From contig OX597814.1 of the NCBI GenBank assembly GCA_951406725.2, positions 113,646,001 through 113,710,000 of the forward strand: a DNA stretch of 64,000 bases, read 5' to 3'. Below, piece by piece: positions 1-12,730 of this stretch. The notes below the pieces were generated by a model, which made no database searches, was not told the DNA's origin, and saw nothing but the letters and a program-made list of their open reading frames with translations. A program made the translations under genes and the position numbers. Positions within the stretch are counted from its first letter, which is position 1. Each line of letters starts with the position of its first letter. The stretch is from Octopus vulgaris. Taxonomy: Eukaryota.

Positions 1-526
1 AGAGACAGACAGCGAGATCCTTTCGTACATAAAACTGTGGCGGTGAGCAAGGCAGCGGTGTTTGTTTTCTTTTGTGATAAGCGAAAGATAAGTTATGTCT
101 AGGTCTATAAGAGAGGGAAGGAAGGTGTGCGTGCGCGCGCGGTGTGTGTGTGTGAGTGTGTGTAAGAGTCGTTACTCTTGTTGTTGATGATGATGCGTTG
201 CTTGAAACAACATAACGAACGAAAACATGAAAACCACATCAGGTTAGCTAATCGGAAGTTTATAGTCCGCCGCTGATTACCACCACACCCACCGAAACCA
301 CCACCATCTCTATCAGCAGCAACAACAACAACAACAACCTCATCATCGCCGCCGCTACAGCCACCATCTCTACTACTACTATTTACTAATACTTATTATC
401 ACTGTTGGTGTTTCCTGGACCCCTTGCTGTGCCGCATTTGACCCTGAAAGATTTTTACGACTCCCATGTCAGGCACCCCGGTTCGTGCTTAAGTAAGTAA
501 CTGCTAATAGCGATTTAACATAGTGG

Positions 527-730
527 TTACGAACGTTTTAGCGCGCTTCAAATGGCGTGGTATAAATCTATCTGAAAGAAGCGGTTGAGATTACGCGCGC
601 CGCGTCTGCGTGTGTGACTGAGTATGTGTGTGTGTGTCTGTATGTGTTTGTGTGCGTATATGCACCTGTGTGTGTGTGTGTACGCCAGTGTGCGTTTTTG
701 TGTACCATATTTCGATCAGTATTTAATAAT
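527..730 (+). repeat. Dispersed ~200-bp repeat (second copy 5565-5768)
   Basis: GTTACGAACGTTTTAGCGCGCTTCAA...TTTCGATCAGTATTTAATAAT is present at both positions. Confidence 0.8.
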
Positions 731-743
731 ATAGTTGTGAAAA

Positions 744-1312
744 GGCTGCGAGCTAGCCGGTAGAGTCGCTAGCACGAGGGGCGAAATGCGTAGCCGTATT
801 TCTTCTACCGTTACGTTCAGAGTTCAAATTCCACCGAGGTCGACTTTGCCTTTCATCCTTTCGGGGTCGATTAAATAAGTACCAGTTATGCACTGGGGCC
901 GATGTAATTGACTTAATCCGTGTGTCTGTCCTTGTTTGTCCCCTCTGTGTTTAGCCCCTTATGGGTAGTAAAGAAATAGGTATTTCATCTGCCGTTACGT
1001 TCTGAGTTGAAATTCCGCCGAAGTCGACCTTGCCTTTCATCCTTTCATGGTCGATAAATTAAGTACCAGTTGCGTACTGGGGTCGATCTATTCGACTGGT
1101 CCCCACCCCATAAATTTCGGGCTTTGTGCCTAGAGTAGATAAGATTAATATAAGTGTGAAGGCGGTGAGCTGGCAGAGTCTTTCTGAGTTCAAATTTCGC
1201 CGAGGTCGACTTTGTCTTTCATCGTTTCGGGTCGATAAATTAAGTGCCAGTTGCATACTGGTGTCGATCTAATCGATCTAAATATCGGGCCTTGTGCCTA
1301 GAATAGAAAAGA
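744..1312 (+). mobile_element. Tandem/nested tRNA-derived SINEs (family with GACTTTGCCTTTCATCCTTTCGGGGTCGAT core)
   Basis: A/B box-like head (GAGCTGGCAGA...GAGTTCAAATTCC) and conserved core repeated three times. Further copies lie near 12390, 18170, 19500, 20090, 24660, 26610, 32270, 36490, 42620-43450, 49320-50230 and 52700-53300. Confidence 0.85.
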
Positions 1313-2089
1313 ATACCGTAGCGTCTGATATGAAGGAAATTTAGCTGCTATTTCGAGCAAGTTAATTGACCGCGAAAAATGCTGCTTTTTTTAAGTGTGG
1401 CCGCTGCCGTTATTGTTGCTGATTGTTAAGTTGTCACTAAATGTTCAGCTGGAGCGATTAGTCTTGCGTTACAGAGTCCGTTGGTTTTAGATGGGGCAAT
1501 TAGTCTTACATTACAGAAAACTTGTTCAGCTTCTATGGTCGTCCCTACATCACGGATTTAATTCTAGAGCTGGAGCAACCAGTCTTACATCACAGTCACT
1601 TTTTCAGCTGCAGCAAGCAGGACAACATTACAGAATCACATGCCCAGCTGGGAGTCACTTGTCCTTCTAAATGTAGAATTTCATTCTCAACAAACTTTTT
1701 ATAATAAAGAGGGGTTCCTAATACTTAGTGAGGTGGATGGACATGGCTGGAATAGCTTTGATTATAATTCTACGCTGACCAGGTATTAAACAACATGTCG
1801 CTTAATTTTCTAGAAAGAGCAGCCACAAATCCCTCAACTTACATCCTACCGTCTTAAAAAATAGCTTGTACAAAACGGGTTTGTACTCCTAGATATACTA
1901 TGTTTATGTAAGAACATCATGTGTCTGTTGGATTAGGATTGACTTAAGATTAAATGATATCTCCGCTGAGCTAAGGAAGGACTTTCTTTATGGCCATTCG
2001 ATCTTCTTGAAATAACAGCCAAATATCCCTCAAATCAACCCGTCTTGGAAAAGGAAGAACACATTAGCTATTGCCCAATTCCAGATGAA

Positions 2090-2402
2090 GGCGCACAGCT
2101 TAACGGTTAAGATATTCGGCTCATGATCACAAAGCCGCGAGTTCGATACCCAGCGATGCGTCTTGTCCTTCGGCAAGACACTTAATTTCGCGTTGCTCCC
2201 GTCAACTAGCAAGAATGAGTTGTATCTGTATTTCAAAGGGGCCAACCACATCACATTCTGTGTCACACTGAATCTCTCCGAGAACTACGTTAAAAGTACG
2301 CTTGTCTGTGGAGTGCTCAGCCACTTGTACGTTAATCTCACGAGCAGACTGTTCCGTTGATCCGATCAGCTGGAACGCTCCTCGTCATAGTCGACGGAGT
2401 GC
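2090..2402 (+). mobile_element. tRNA-derived SINE with CORE-like TTGAGCAAGACACTTTATTTCACGTTGCTCC body
   Basis: tRNA-like head GGCGCA...GAGTTCGATACC. Related copies at about 7260-7500, 11017-11280 (-), 12860-13025, 13265-13500 and 43880-44130 (-). Confidence 0.75.
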
Positions 2403-2524
2403 CAGTTATACCCAATTCCAAACGGATGAAAAGACAATAATCACTCGTCTTACAACAAATTATATTGAGTTGGTGCATAATTATTACGGTTTTTTTTCAA
2501 CAAATTTTATTCAGCAAAAACAAT

Positions 2525-3267
2525 GGATCTTTTACCTTTTGACCGACAGATTTAAAAAATAAGTTCTTGTAACTAAACACTTTCAAACTTCGGACACTGG
2601 TAGAATGTGTCATATAAGGCATCTTTTACTCTTAGCGTTTTTTAGAAAAGCTTATATTTAGGAAGTTATTTCACGTTAAAGTTGTAGTATTTCGGTAATT
2701 TCAACCAATCAATGACGTGTATTCAGCTGAATGAAATTACTGCTGTTGTTTGTCAACAACTTACGGCGGTGAATATTTCGTTTGCCACAGTTATTTATGA
2801 CAACCCTAACCCTAAAACCTTAACCCTAAAAGCCTAACCCTAAAATCCTAACCCTAACACTCTAACCCTAAAACCCAAACCGTAACCCAAAAATCCTAAC
2901 CCTAACCATAAAACCCTAACCCTAACCCTAAAACCCTAACCCTAACCCTAAAACCTTAAAGCTATAACCAATACAAACGCACGAACGATGTCATAAATAA
3001 CAGTGACAAACAAAAAATACACCGCCGATAGTTGTTATTGACGAACAACGGCAGTAATTTTATTCAGCTGAATACACATCATTGATTGGTTGAAATTACC
3101 GAAATACGGGAACTTTAACGTGAAATAACTTCCTAAATATAAGCTTTTCTCAAAAACGCTAAGAGTAAAAGATGTTTTATATGACACATTCTACTAGCGT
3201 CCGAAGTTTGAAAGTGTTTAGTTACAAAAAAATATTTTTTAAATCTGTCGGTCAAAAGGTAAAGACC
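2525..3267. mobile_element. Foldback/MULE-like element: ~275-bp inverted arms around a telomere-like (CCCTAA)n spacer
   Basis: 2525-2801 is the reverse complement of about 2989-3267. Ends are GG...CC, and the flanks AAAAACAAT / TAAAACTAT match at 7 of 9 positions (degenerate 9-bp TSD). Confidence 0.85.
2802..2970 (+). repeat. Degenerate interstitial telomere-like repeat (CCCTAA / CCCTAAAA)
   Basis: ACCCTAACCCTAAAACCTTAACCCTAAAAGCCTAACCCTAAAATCCTAACCCTAAC... Confidence 0.9.
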
Positions 3268-3641
3268 TAAAACTATAAACAACATGTAACAAAAACATTT
3301 TAAAATCATTATTCTGCCATATTCACCATTTACTTCAATTACTGCTTCCCATTTGCTTGGCAGACAGTGAGACCGTCATTTAAAGATGTTTTTGTTAAAT
3401 AATGTTTTTGTTGAAAAAAAGTCGCAATAATTATGCACCAAACCAATATTTCTAACAAACTATCAACTGCCTTGTCGGATAAACTCCTGCTTTCATTCAC
3501 AGCCTTGTGTATTTCCAGAACCTATGACCATGTATATGCTCTATATACACATAATACTTACAGTGTAGTTTATATACACACACTGTATATACACAATTTA
3601 GTTGATATACACACTGTTTACAGATTTGTATACATACATAT

Positions 3642-4058
3642 AGGCGCAGGAGTGGCTGTGTGGTAAGTAGCTTGCTTACCAGCCACATGGTTCCGGGTTC
3701 AGTCCCACTGCGTGGCACCTTGGGCAAGTGTCTTCTACTATAGCCTCGGGCCGACCAAAGCCTTGTGAGTGGATTTGGTAGACGGAAGCTGAAAGAAGTC
3801 CGTCGTATATATGTATATACATATATATATGTGTGTGTGTGTGTGAGAGAGAGAGAGATCCCCCTCCACACACACACATCGCTTGACATTCGATGCTGGT
3901 ACGGTTACGTTCCCGTAACTTAGCGATTCGGCAAAAATAATCGATAGAATAAGTACTATGCTTACAAAGAATAAGTCCTGGGGTCGATTTACTCAACTAA
4001 AGGCGGTGCTCCAACATGGCCGCAGTCAAAATGACTGAAACAAATAAAAGAATAAAAG
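3642..4058 (+). mobile_element. tRNA-derived SINE with internal (TA)n(TG)n (GGCGCAGGAGTGGCTGTGTGG family)
   Basis: Head with A box TGGCTGTGTGG and B box GGTTCAGTCCC; tail ...TGACTGAAACAAGTAAAAGA. Other copies at about 4905-5212 (-), 10580-10765, 31545-31936 (-), 37125-37505, 37795-40240 (-, interrupted), 50325-50700, 52085-52492 (-), 53555-53990, 56700-57080 (-) and 57772-58320. Confidence 0.9.
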
Positions 4059-5309
4059 AACGTGTATATAAATACACACGCGCGCGCGCCCACGCACACA
4101 CGCATTGCAGTAGTTAAATAAAATAAACAAGCAGAAATTAGGAGGAGATTAGTGGAGGGGATTATTACGGTGGTCTAATCTCTCACAAAACCGCAACTCT
4201 GCAAACGTAAAACGGGATTTTCTTATCAAATGCCTACAAATCACAAAATACCCTAGAATACATAAAGATACCCGGAGCTATTAAGCAATAAAAAACACTG
4301 ATACCTACCGGTGGTTGTTCTGTCTCGGCAACCTCCATTTCACAACTGCTACCCCCATCACTACTAAGATCCCTCTCTCTCCCTCCATCTTAAATTTTAG
4401 ACCCTGCTTCCCACCCTCGCTCTACATCGCTCCATTTCCTTCCTCCGTTTGCCATTATTTTACAGTCAGATATGTTAGGGTTCTTATAAACATATATTTA
4501 TAGCTAGTGTAAATAATGTTCTGTGAGCCATCACGATAGGGTCGGCTCTAAAGTGTGACTATAAAAGTAGAGAGGTGTGATTATAAGCGAAGTTAATTCA
4601 CTGAGTCACAAAGTTTTTTCATTCTTTTGATATCTCATTGGGTGGCGGCCATGCTGGAGCACTGTCTAGATATAATATATTTATTACTAGAATCACTTTA
4701 CTAACTCTTCTACCTTTATAGGTAGAAGAAAAGTTAGGAAAGTGATTCTAAGCGAAGTTAGTTCTTTTGGTCATGAAGTTCATCATTTTTGTTCTTTTTA
4801 TTCTTTTATTCGTTTAATTATCTCAATCATTGGATTGTGGCCATGCTTGGGCATCGCCTCGAAGGGGTTCAGCCAATCAAAACAACCCCAGTACTTTTTC
4901 TTTTATTTCTTATTTGTTTCAGTCATTTGACTGCGGCCATACTGGAGCACCGCCTTTAGTCGAGCAAATCGACCCCAGGAATTATTCTTTGTAAGCCTAG
5001 TACTTATTTTATCGGTCTCTTATGCCGAACTGCTAAGTTATGGGGACGTAAACACACCAGCATCGGTTGTCATGCGATGTTGGGGGGACAAACACACACA
5101 CACATATATACGACGGGCTTCTTTCAGTTTCCGTCTACCAAATCCACTCACAAGGCTTTGGTCGGCCCGAGGCTATAGCAGAAAACACTTGCCTAAGGTT
5201 GCACGCAGTGGGACATTTAAAGTTTCGAAAATTTTTCTATCGGTTACTTCTGCCGAAACGCCCTGTTACGGGAACATAAACAAACCAACACTAGTTGCCA
5301 TGCGGTGAG

Positions 5310-5548
5310 AAAACGAACTTCGTTGAAGCTTCCACCTCTTTTCAGTTGATGAAGCTTCGTGAGTGCAAAAAGTGAGCCATGTATCGGGAACAAGTAATAA
5401 TCTGAAGAAGATACTTTTCCGCAAACCTAACGTGCATAAACGGTGGCTAAGCAAGGATCAGCTTCCGGAACTTGTCGCCAAATATGGGCCTTTCGAACGC
5501 AAGATGGTGTTCTGCGTCAGGTGGAATTGTGAGGGAGTAAATGACTAA
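5310..5548 (+). pseudogene. Mariner transposase remnant
   Basis: Translation ...HKRWLSKDQLPELVAK...KMVFCVRWNCEGV resembles the mariner K.ML.VWW...GV segment. Confidence 0.55.
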
Positions 5549-6821
5549 GAGTTCGATCCGGGCAGTTACGAACGTTTTAGCGCGCTTCAATGGCGTAGCG
5601 TAAATCTATCTGAGAGACGCGGTTGAGATAACGCGTGCCGCGTGTGTGAGTGACTGACTGTATGTATGTGTTTGTGTGTTCGTGTGCGTATATGCACCTG
5701 TGTGAGTGTGTGTGAGTGAACGCCTGTGTGCGTTTCTGCGTAGCATGTTTCGATCAGTATTTAATAATGCAAAAATTGTGATGTGTTTCAGAATGAATGT
5801 TTCCAGGCTCACCATTTTTATTTTCGCATCAAATTCCAAAATATTCGCAACTTACTCACTCTGAACAGTATTTGTTGAAAATTTCATTAAAAAATACCCA
5901 TTTTTCTGAAAGTTATGAGTAAACAAACCTGACATATGTGAATTTTCTGAAACTCCCCTCCCCATTCACAGAATTTTTTCCAACACAATTCCGATATAAT
6001 CAGAATCTACACGCTTATTTGTAGAGAATTCCATTGGAAAATATTCCTTTTTCTGGATGTTATGAGGAAACAAAGTCGCCGGGATGGAGGGGACACTTGT
6101 ATAAGTATGCCCTTAAAGTTTACCTTTCTTCGTATGACCTCTCTCTCACCTCAATTTCTGTCTTGTTTACCCACAGCATTTTTTTTTATTAAAAAAAAAC
6201 ACACACACACGCACACACAAAAAGAAAAAGCAAAACCAATCCATCTTTATAATTAGTTCTTCATTGGGTCATTTGGTTTATGAACATTTTCGCAAAAGAG
6301 TTTCTATGTTTCTGGAATAGTCTGTAGATCAATTCACAATAAAACCATTATTTACTGTGATGAACATTTTGTTTTTCTTCAATTATCCTTCAAGAATTCT
6401 TAATCTTACCATTTTCATGCCATTTGTTTTTCTTTTACCGAAGTTCATGCTCTTTTTCCATATGTACTCCGTACTCTGTACTCTCTACCCCGATACTCTT
6501 TTTATTGTTATTTGTGTGGTTTAAAAAAAATTAGATTCATATCTAACTGGCAAATCTTTCCTTGATTTTATATATTTTCTTTCTGTATTTTTTAATCATT
6601 TCCACACTTAACTCTTCTTTTTTACAGCCATTGATATTTTTAATGATGCTAATGTCAACGTCTTCGGTTAATACTCGAACTGTTTTGTAAATTTGGTGGT
6701 TCCAGCCACAATTGGTCCGGCACCAATTTGTTTCATTATGTTATGTTTTACGTTGAATAACGCAATATCTTACCCAGCTGAGACTTCTGATGAATGTTAT
6801 TTAACTAACTTTTTAATCTGA

Positions 6822-7211
6822 CTAGCAGTATCGCCCGGCGTTGCTCGGGTTTGTTTCGACCCTTTAGAAATGGATCTTTTGAGAGGTAAAAATTTTGCAT
6901 TATGTAGCTTGTTATTCTCTTTAAGTGAATATTTTTCTGATTGAAATACACCGAGAAATGGCGACACAGCAGTCAAAAAATCGTAAAAAATAGGGATTTT
7001 CATAGAAAAAAAGCACCTTTTTGATGTAAATAATTTTTGGTGTTAACATGGTCCGATTTGAATTTTATCTTCTACGTAAGGAAGAGCAAGCCTTCTTCTA
7101 TCATACTCTCAATTTTGGTCAACTTGCGCCGCAGGGTCTCGGATGAGATAGTGTTAGTTGAAGGCTACCAAACCTGCCATACACAGACAACTCCAGCTTT
7201 TTATAGAGAGA
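6822..7211 (-). mobile_element. Non-autonomous Helitron-like element (390 bp)
   Basis: The minus strand begins TCTCTCTATAA after an A and ends with the GC hairpin CCCGAGCAACGCCGGG, then CGATACTG and CTAG, followed by T. A|T insertion, no TSD. Confidence 0.8.
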
Positions 7212-8184
7212 TTATAACATAATGTCTACATTAGATAAGTATCCCAAAACATTCATGTGAAGGCAGGTGGCCTAGTGGTTAGGGTATAGCACGCACGGTT
7301 GTAAAGATCATGGTTGTAAAGATTACCAGGACCGGGCATTGTGCTCTTGAGCAAACCACTACATTTTACATTGCTCCAGTCTACTCAGTGGCAGGTGAGT
7401 AACCCTTCAAAAGACTATCGTCCCGTTCCGGGGAAATTTTGTTTCCTCAGTCACAAGTTAACCGGCTCAGTGAGCCCGAAGACTCGAGACGGTAATATCC
7501 AAGGGTTACCTCAACCCTTTTTCTCACTTATTTAGGGACTGATAATTATTTGATATTACTAATTGCTGTGTTTTCTGAATCGTTAACGCGCCGGAGAAAA
7601 TGCTTATCGGCTTTTCTTCCGGCTCTCTGCGTTCAAATACCACGGGAGTTCAATAAAAGAAAGTACCAGTCATGTACTCGGTTTGATGTAATCGATTAAC
7701 CCTTACTCCTAAAATTACTTGTCTATGGATGGTGGGGTCGGTCGGCTCCGGACGACGTTTTGAGCCCCGCGGCTCGGACAGCATTCTGGCGTCTGCTGTA
7801 TAAACCTGTATTAGCAGGATGGTGGTGGGGTTAGCGAACACAAGGACTGGGAGGCACACACTCTGGCTGCTACTCCACTGAAAACAATAGCAAGAAACAA
7901 AGGACCCGTACCGAGTTGACGCTGATGGGGTTTATATTCCTTATTTCAATAATTTTATTCCAGTTACTTTGGGTTAGGCATGAACTTCACACAATCAACG
8001 AAATATAGAATGCAATTTCGTTTTTCGCAAACAGATATAGTTACGATTTTTTTTAATGACTTTTGTCAATGTTATGATTTGTTTCTTTTTGACATTTGAT
8101 AGCCGTTACTTTTAGCTTACTTTGGAAGCAAATTGCGCGTAATTTTGCTTAACATACAGCTGTTGGTTCAATGTCAATTTTAAT

Positions 8185-9247
8185 ATGGAGTGCAAAAGCG
8201 AATACTTTCGTCATATTTTGCTTTTTTTATTAGAAAGCTGCAGAGGTTCACAAAGAGATATGTGAAGTTTATGGTGTTGATTGCTTAACAGAACGCACTC
8301 GTCAAAAATGGTTTTAAAAATTCCGTTCTGGAGATTTTTCACGCAAAGATGATCAATATTCTAGTCGACCTACTGAAGTTGATTGATGACCGAATCAAAG
8401 CCATAATTGAATCTGATTGTCATATAACTGTACGAGAGATTGCAGAGAGGTTAAACGTATCCCACACAACAATTGAAAATCACTTAAAAGGATTAGGATT
8501 CGTTAAGAAGCTCGATATCTGGGTTTCGCATAAATTGAAAAGGATTCACTTAACATCTCAAACACAATGAAATCGGCCCTTTTGAAACGAATCAGCACTG
8601 GTAATGAAAAACGGATTGTCTACAATAACATCAATTGAAAACGAGTACGGTCCAAGCGTAATGAACCAGCACAAACCACATTGAAAGCTGAATTGTACCC
8701 AAAAAAGGTCATGCTGTCAATTTGGAGGGATTACAAAGGTGTTGTATATTTTGAGCTGTCTCCAAGGAACTAAACGATCAATTCAGATATTTACTGTCAA
8801 CAACTAATGAAACTGGAGAAAGCAATCAAAGAAAAATGGTCAGAATTAGCAAATCATAATGGAATCGTGTTGCGCCACGACAACGCTTGACTACACATGT
8901 TTTTGCTAACTCGTGAAAAATTACAGGAGCTTGGTTGCGAAGTGATGTCACATCCACCATATAAGCCTGACCTTGCACCATTTATTACAATTTATTTCGA
9001 AGTTTGCAAAATTCTTTGGAAGGTAAAACTTTCAATAATGGTGATGACCTAAAATCGCACTTCACTTTTTGGCCAACAAGGACCAGAAGTTCTATGAACG
9101 CAGAGTTCTGAAGTCGCCAGAAAGATGGCAAAAGATCATCAAACAAAACAGAAATTATATAAGTTAAAAGTTCATTCTTTATATGAATAAAAAAAAATGA
9201 CTTTTATTTCACACTAAAAAACCGAAATTATTTTCTTACCAATCCAA
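8185..9247 (+). pseudogene. Decayed mariner (DD34D-type) transposase with right TIR
   Basis: HTH ITVREIAERLNVSHTTIENHLK, LDIWVSHKL (WVPHEL motif), HDNA and HPPYKPDLAP (YSPDLAP motif), with stops and frameshifts. Right TIR AAAAACCGAAATTATTTTCTTACCAATCCAA|TA. Confidence 0.9.
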
Positions 9248-10425
9248 TATATTAATGTGACCTGACATCTCGCTGACATCCCACTGCCGGCAGTTATCTC
9301 TATGAAAATATATTTCTACTAAATTACAGTGTCGGGTCACGCTTTAGGGTCTATCTGGAAGTAGATTAATTATATATTTTCATAATACATTCTTCTGGCG
9401 TTAAATAAATAATACAATTATTTGCCCTTTTAACCCGATATAGTGTAACGGGGGGGGGATCTTCTGGTGGTTCATACCTGGTTAATATTATACCAGAGGA
9501 AAAGAATATTATGATAACCTGCCACTCCTTGGTGTGTTATGCGTGTGTGAGTGTGCGTGTTTGCGGATTGAGTATGAAATAGGAGAAATACAAAGAAGGC
9601 AGTGATACCCCGATACCCACAGTTTGTATACATACATAGGTAGATTTGTTAGTCCGCTGTTATATAGACACACACATACACACACATAAATATATGTATA
9701 TATAAATATATATAAAAACATATATATGTGTGTGTGTGCGTGTATATATATATATATGCATGCATGTATGTATATATATATATATATATATATATAGTGT
9801 GTGTGTGTGTATATATATAATAGAGGTAAAAGGAATAAGTAAACTGATGATAGATAAGTAGATAGATAGTTACATAGGTAATAGGAACAGACAAGCACAC
9901 ATATAGATACATACACAAAAGAAGACTAAAACACATAACCATATATTCATATATACATATGCATACGTCACATATGAATACCCGCATATTTCACACATAC
10001 ATATGGACACGTATGGAGACATACATCCATACATAACAGGGGCATGTACGTAGTCACACAAACCCGTATACATAGACACAAACATGCATAAACAAGGAGA
10101 TGGAGGTACACGCACAAACACACACACATACACACACAAACACATACATTCAAACGCACACATACACACACACACATGCATACATACATATATACTTATA
10201 TACATACATGTGTGTACACATGCACTCTGACGCACACATATGCGCACAAACAAACAGACCTAAAGAACGTAGCTCTGACGGACAGCAGAGTCAACAACTA
10301 TTGAAGAAGTTGCAAGATGCAACGAAACTTAAGGGAAAAAAAGTAAATGAGTGGAAATCGAACCGGTGGCTGTGTTGATTGATAAGGCATTAAAACAGAA
10401 TGACTCTTCTCAGACACTATATACG

Positions 10426-10514
<89 letters not shown>

Positions 10515-10770
10515 ATATATATATATATATATATGTATGTTTGTATGTATGTATGTTTGTATGTATGTATGTATGTGTTCCCCTTACATCGCTTGACAAC
10601 CGATGCTGGTGTGTTTACGGCCCCGTAACTTAGCATTTCGGCAAAAGAGACCAATAGAATAAGTACTGGGCTTACAAAGAATAAGTCCTGCGGTCGATTT
10701 GCTCGACTAAAGGCGATGCTCCAGCATGGCCGCAGTCAAAATGACTAAAGCAAGTAAAAGAAAAGAAAGA

Positions 10771-10814
<44 letters not shown>

Positions 10815-11539
10815 ACATATAAACGGCGGTGCATCAGCATGGCCGCAGCTCTGAGCTGAAACTAGAAAAAAAAATATATATATATATATACACACACACA
10901 CATACTGCGAGAGAAGCATGTGTCTTGTAGCTATAGTTTACTACAAGGGAAGCTTGCTTTGATGTGCGTAGTTTCACGTACAAGACGTGTGTGTCTGTAA
11001 GTTTAATATATGTAAGGGTAAAGACCCCCTTCGGTCATGAATGACCATGGGATTGCACCTAGAAAGTTACCCTCCTAGACACAAGTCCGGGCAAGGTTGT
11101 TTATGGAAGACCAGCAGTCGCCCATGCATACCAGCCTCCCCTCTCCACGCCACCAGTGTTATCCAAGGGAAAGACAAAGGTCGATACAGCTTGGCACCAG
11201 TGACGTCGCAACCCATTTCTACAGCTGAGTGAACTGGAGCAACGTGAAATAAAGTGCCTTGCTCAAGAACACAACACCCATGTAGGGCAAAATAATTGAA
11301 AGTAGGTATGCGTGCGTATAGGCATGTATGTATGTCATTGTTCGGTTTTATTTCAAGATTTCTTGCCAATAAAGAAAGAAGTGGTTTTTATCCTTGATTC
11401 AAAGCTCCTTCATTGGAATTTCAACATCAACAACAGGTTATTTTTGTTAGTAAGTATGTACGTATGTATATGTGCAGATTAGTATGTATGTATTCTCATG
11501 AATATAGTTACATATGTAGACATGCTCATATATATATAT

Positions 11540-12135
11540 TTAAATGATAAACTTCTGTAAAGTGTTACAGATTTTTACAGTTCCAGTGATGGATTGGATA
11601 AGTTGTCTTCGAATTAGCTTCCTTGTCTCTGGTTTTGAGAAGCTTAATTTCTAAAAATTGGTATTTATGGGTGTTACATATCCCAGACCCCCAACAATTA
11701 CAGGTATAAACCTGAACTTATAATCTGGATCGAGTAACTGCTGATTTCTCAATAGTTCAGCATAAGTGTTCTCTTTGAACTGATCTTCAGCTTTATGGTA
11801 ACATCAACTGGGCAGCTAATTTCTACAGCTGTACACAATTTCTCTTCTCTATCGCAAATCATTATATCAGGTCTGTTGTGCTCACACTTTATTGAGGTTT
11901 TCACTGGGACATTCCACCAGTATTCCTTTTTATTATGAGTGGTTATGGCTTCTATCATATTGTGGGGTTTTATTTCTTTGTCCTTGGGATTATACTTCCG
12001 ACGGATTTCATTATAGTGTCCTAGCTACAACATCATGTCTCATCGGTAGATAAAACCGTGATGACATTTTCGGACAACTGCTTATGATGTGGGTATCTTC
12101 AGTGTGAACTCCACACAGTCTGCATCGGTTATCAC
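11540..12135 (-). mobile_element. RLE-type non-LTR retrotransposon 3' fragment
   Basis: EYWWNVPVKTSIKCEHNRPDIMICDREEKLCTAVEISCP is a PD-(D/E)xK restriction-like endonuclease segment; remnants of the CCHC/RHD region lie upstream on the minus strand. Confidence 0.8.
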
Positions 12136-12668
12136 ATATTACGACTTTTCCCTCTGTATGCATGTATGTATGTATGGATGGATGGATGGGTGGATGGGTG
12201 AATGGATGTGTGGATGGGTGAATGGATGTGTGGATGGGTGGATGTGTGTGTGTAAGATGCTGGTCAGATATGTATGCATTCGTGTGTGTGTTTGTGTATA
12301 TAAAAAGTATATGAATATATTATTGTAACACATACATATATATATATATGGATGTTTCTCTCTCTGTATGTATGTACATATGCATTTTGAATTTAAATTT
12401 TGGCACAAGGCCAGCAATTTCGGGGAGGAAATATCGATTACATCGACTCCATTAATCAATTAGTACTTATTTTATCGATCCTCAAAAGGACGAAAGAGAA
12501 ATTTGATTCCGGTGGCATTTGAACGTAAAGTCGGACAACATGCTATTATGCTTTTTGTCCGGCGCAGTAACGATTCTGCCAGGTTGTCGCATTATATATT
12601 GTCCGACTTTACGTTGTGGGTTCATATGCCACCGGAATAATTTTTTTCGATGCGTTTTTTCGATGACC

Positions 12669-12730
12669 GAATAACTGAAGAGATGGCGGCGTGGGTTTCT
12701 GCCCCGACATCCGAAACTCGGAGTTTTATC
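12669..12730 (+). ncRNA. Type I hammerhead ribozyme-like motif (Penelope-type)
   Basis: ATAA-CTGAAGA-GATG(GCGG...CCGA)CATC-C-GAAA-CTCGGAG-TT-TTAT. Core intact; stem I ATAA/TTAT, stem II GATG/CATC, near loop-less helix III ACTC/GAGT. Confidence 0.7.

Larger units (their letters stand above)
2465..3446. mobile_element. Mariner-derived MITE (host of the nested foldback element)
   Basis: TA|TTGAGTTGGTGCATAATTATT ... AATAATTATGCACCAAACCAA|TA. The TIR resembles Hsmar1/MADE1-type TTAGGTTGGTGCAAAAGTAATTGCGG, with a TA TSD. Confidence 0.8.

Noticed and set aside
2802-2970. True telomere or chromosome fusion site
   Set aside because: Short, degenerate, single orientation and enclosed in transposon arms.
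3497-3996. Recurrent peptides such as RLPNPLTRLWSARGYSRRHLPKVP and RPRKDERQSRPRRNLNSER
   Set aside because: Chance reading frames in high-copy SINEs, not a gene family.
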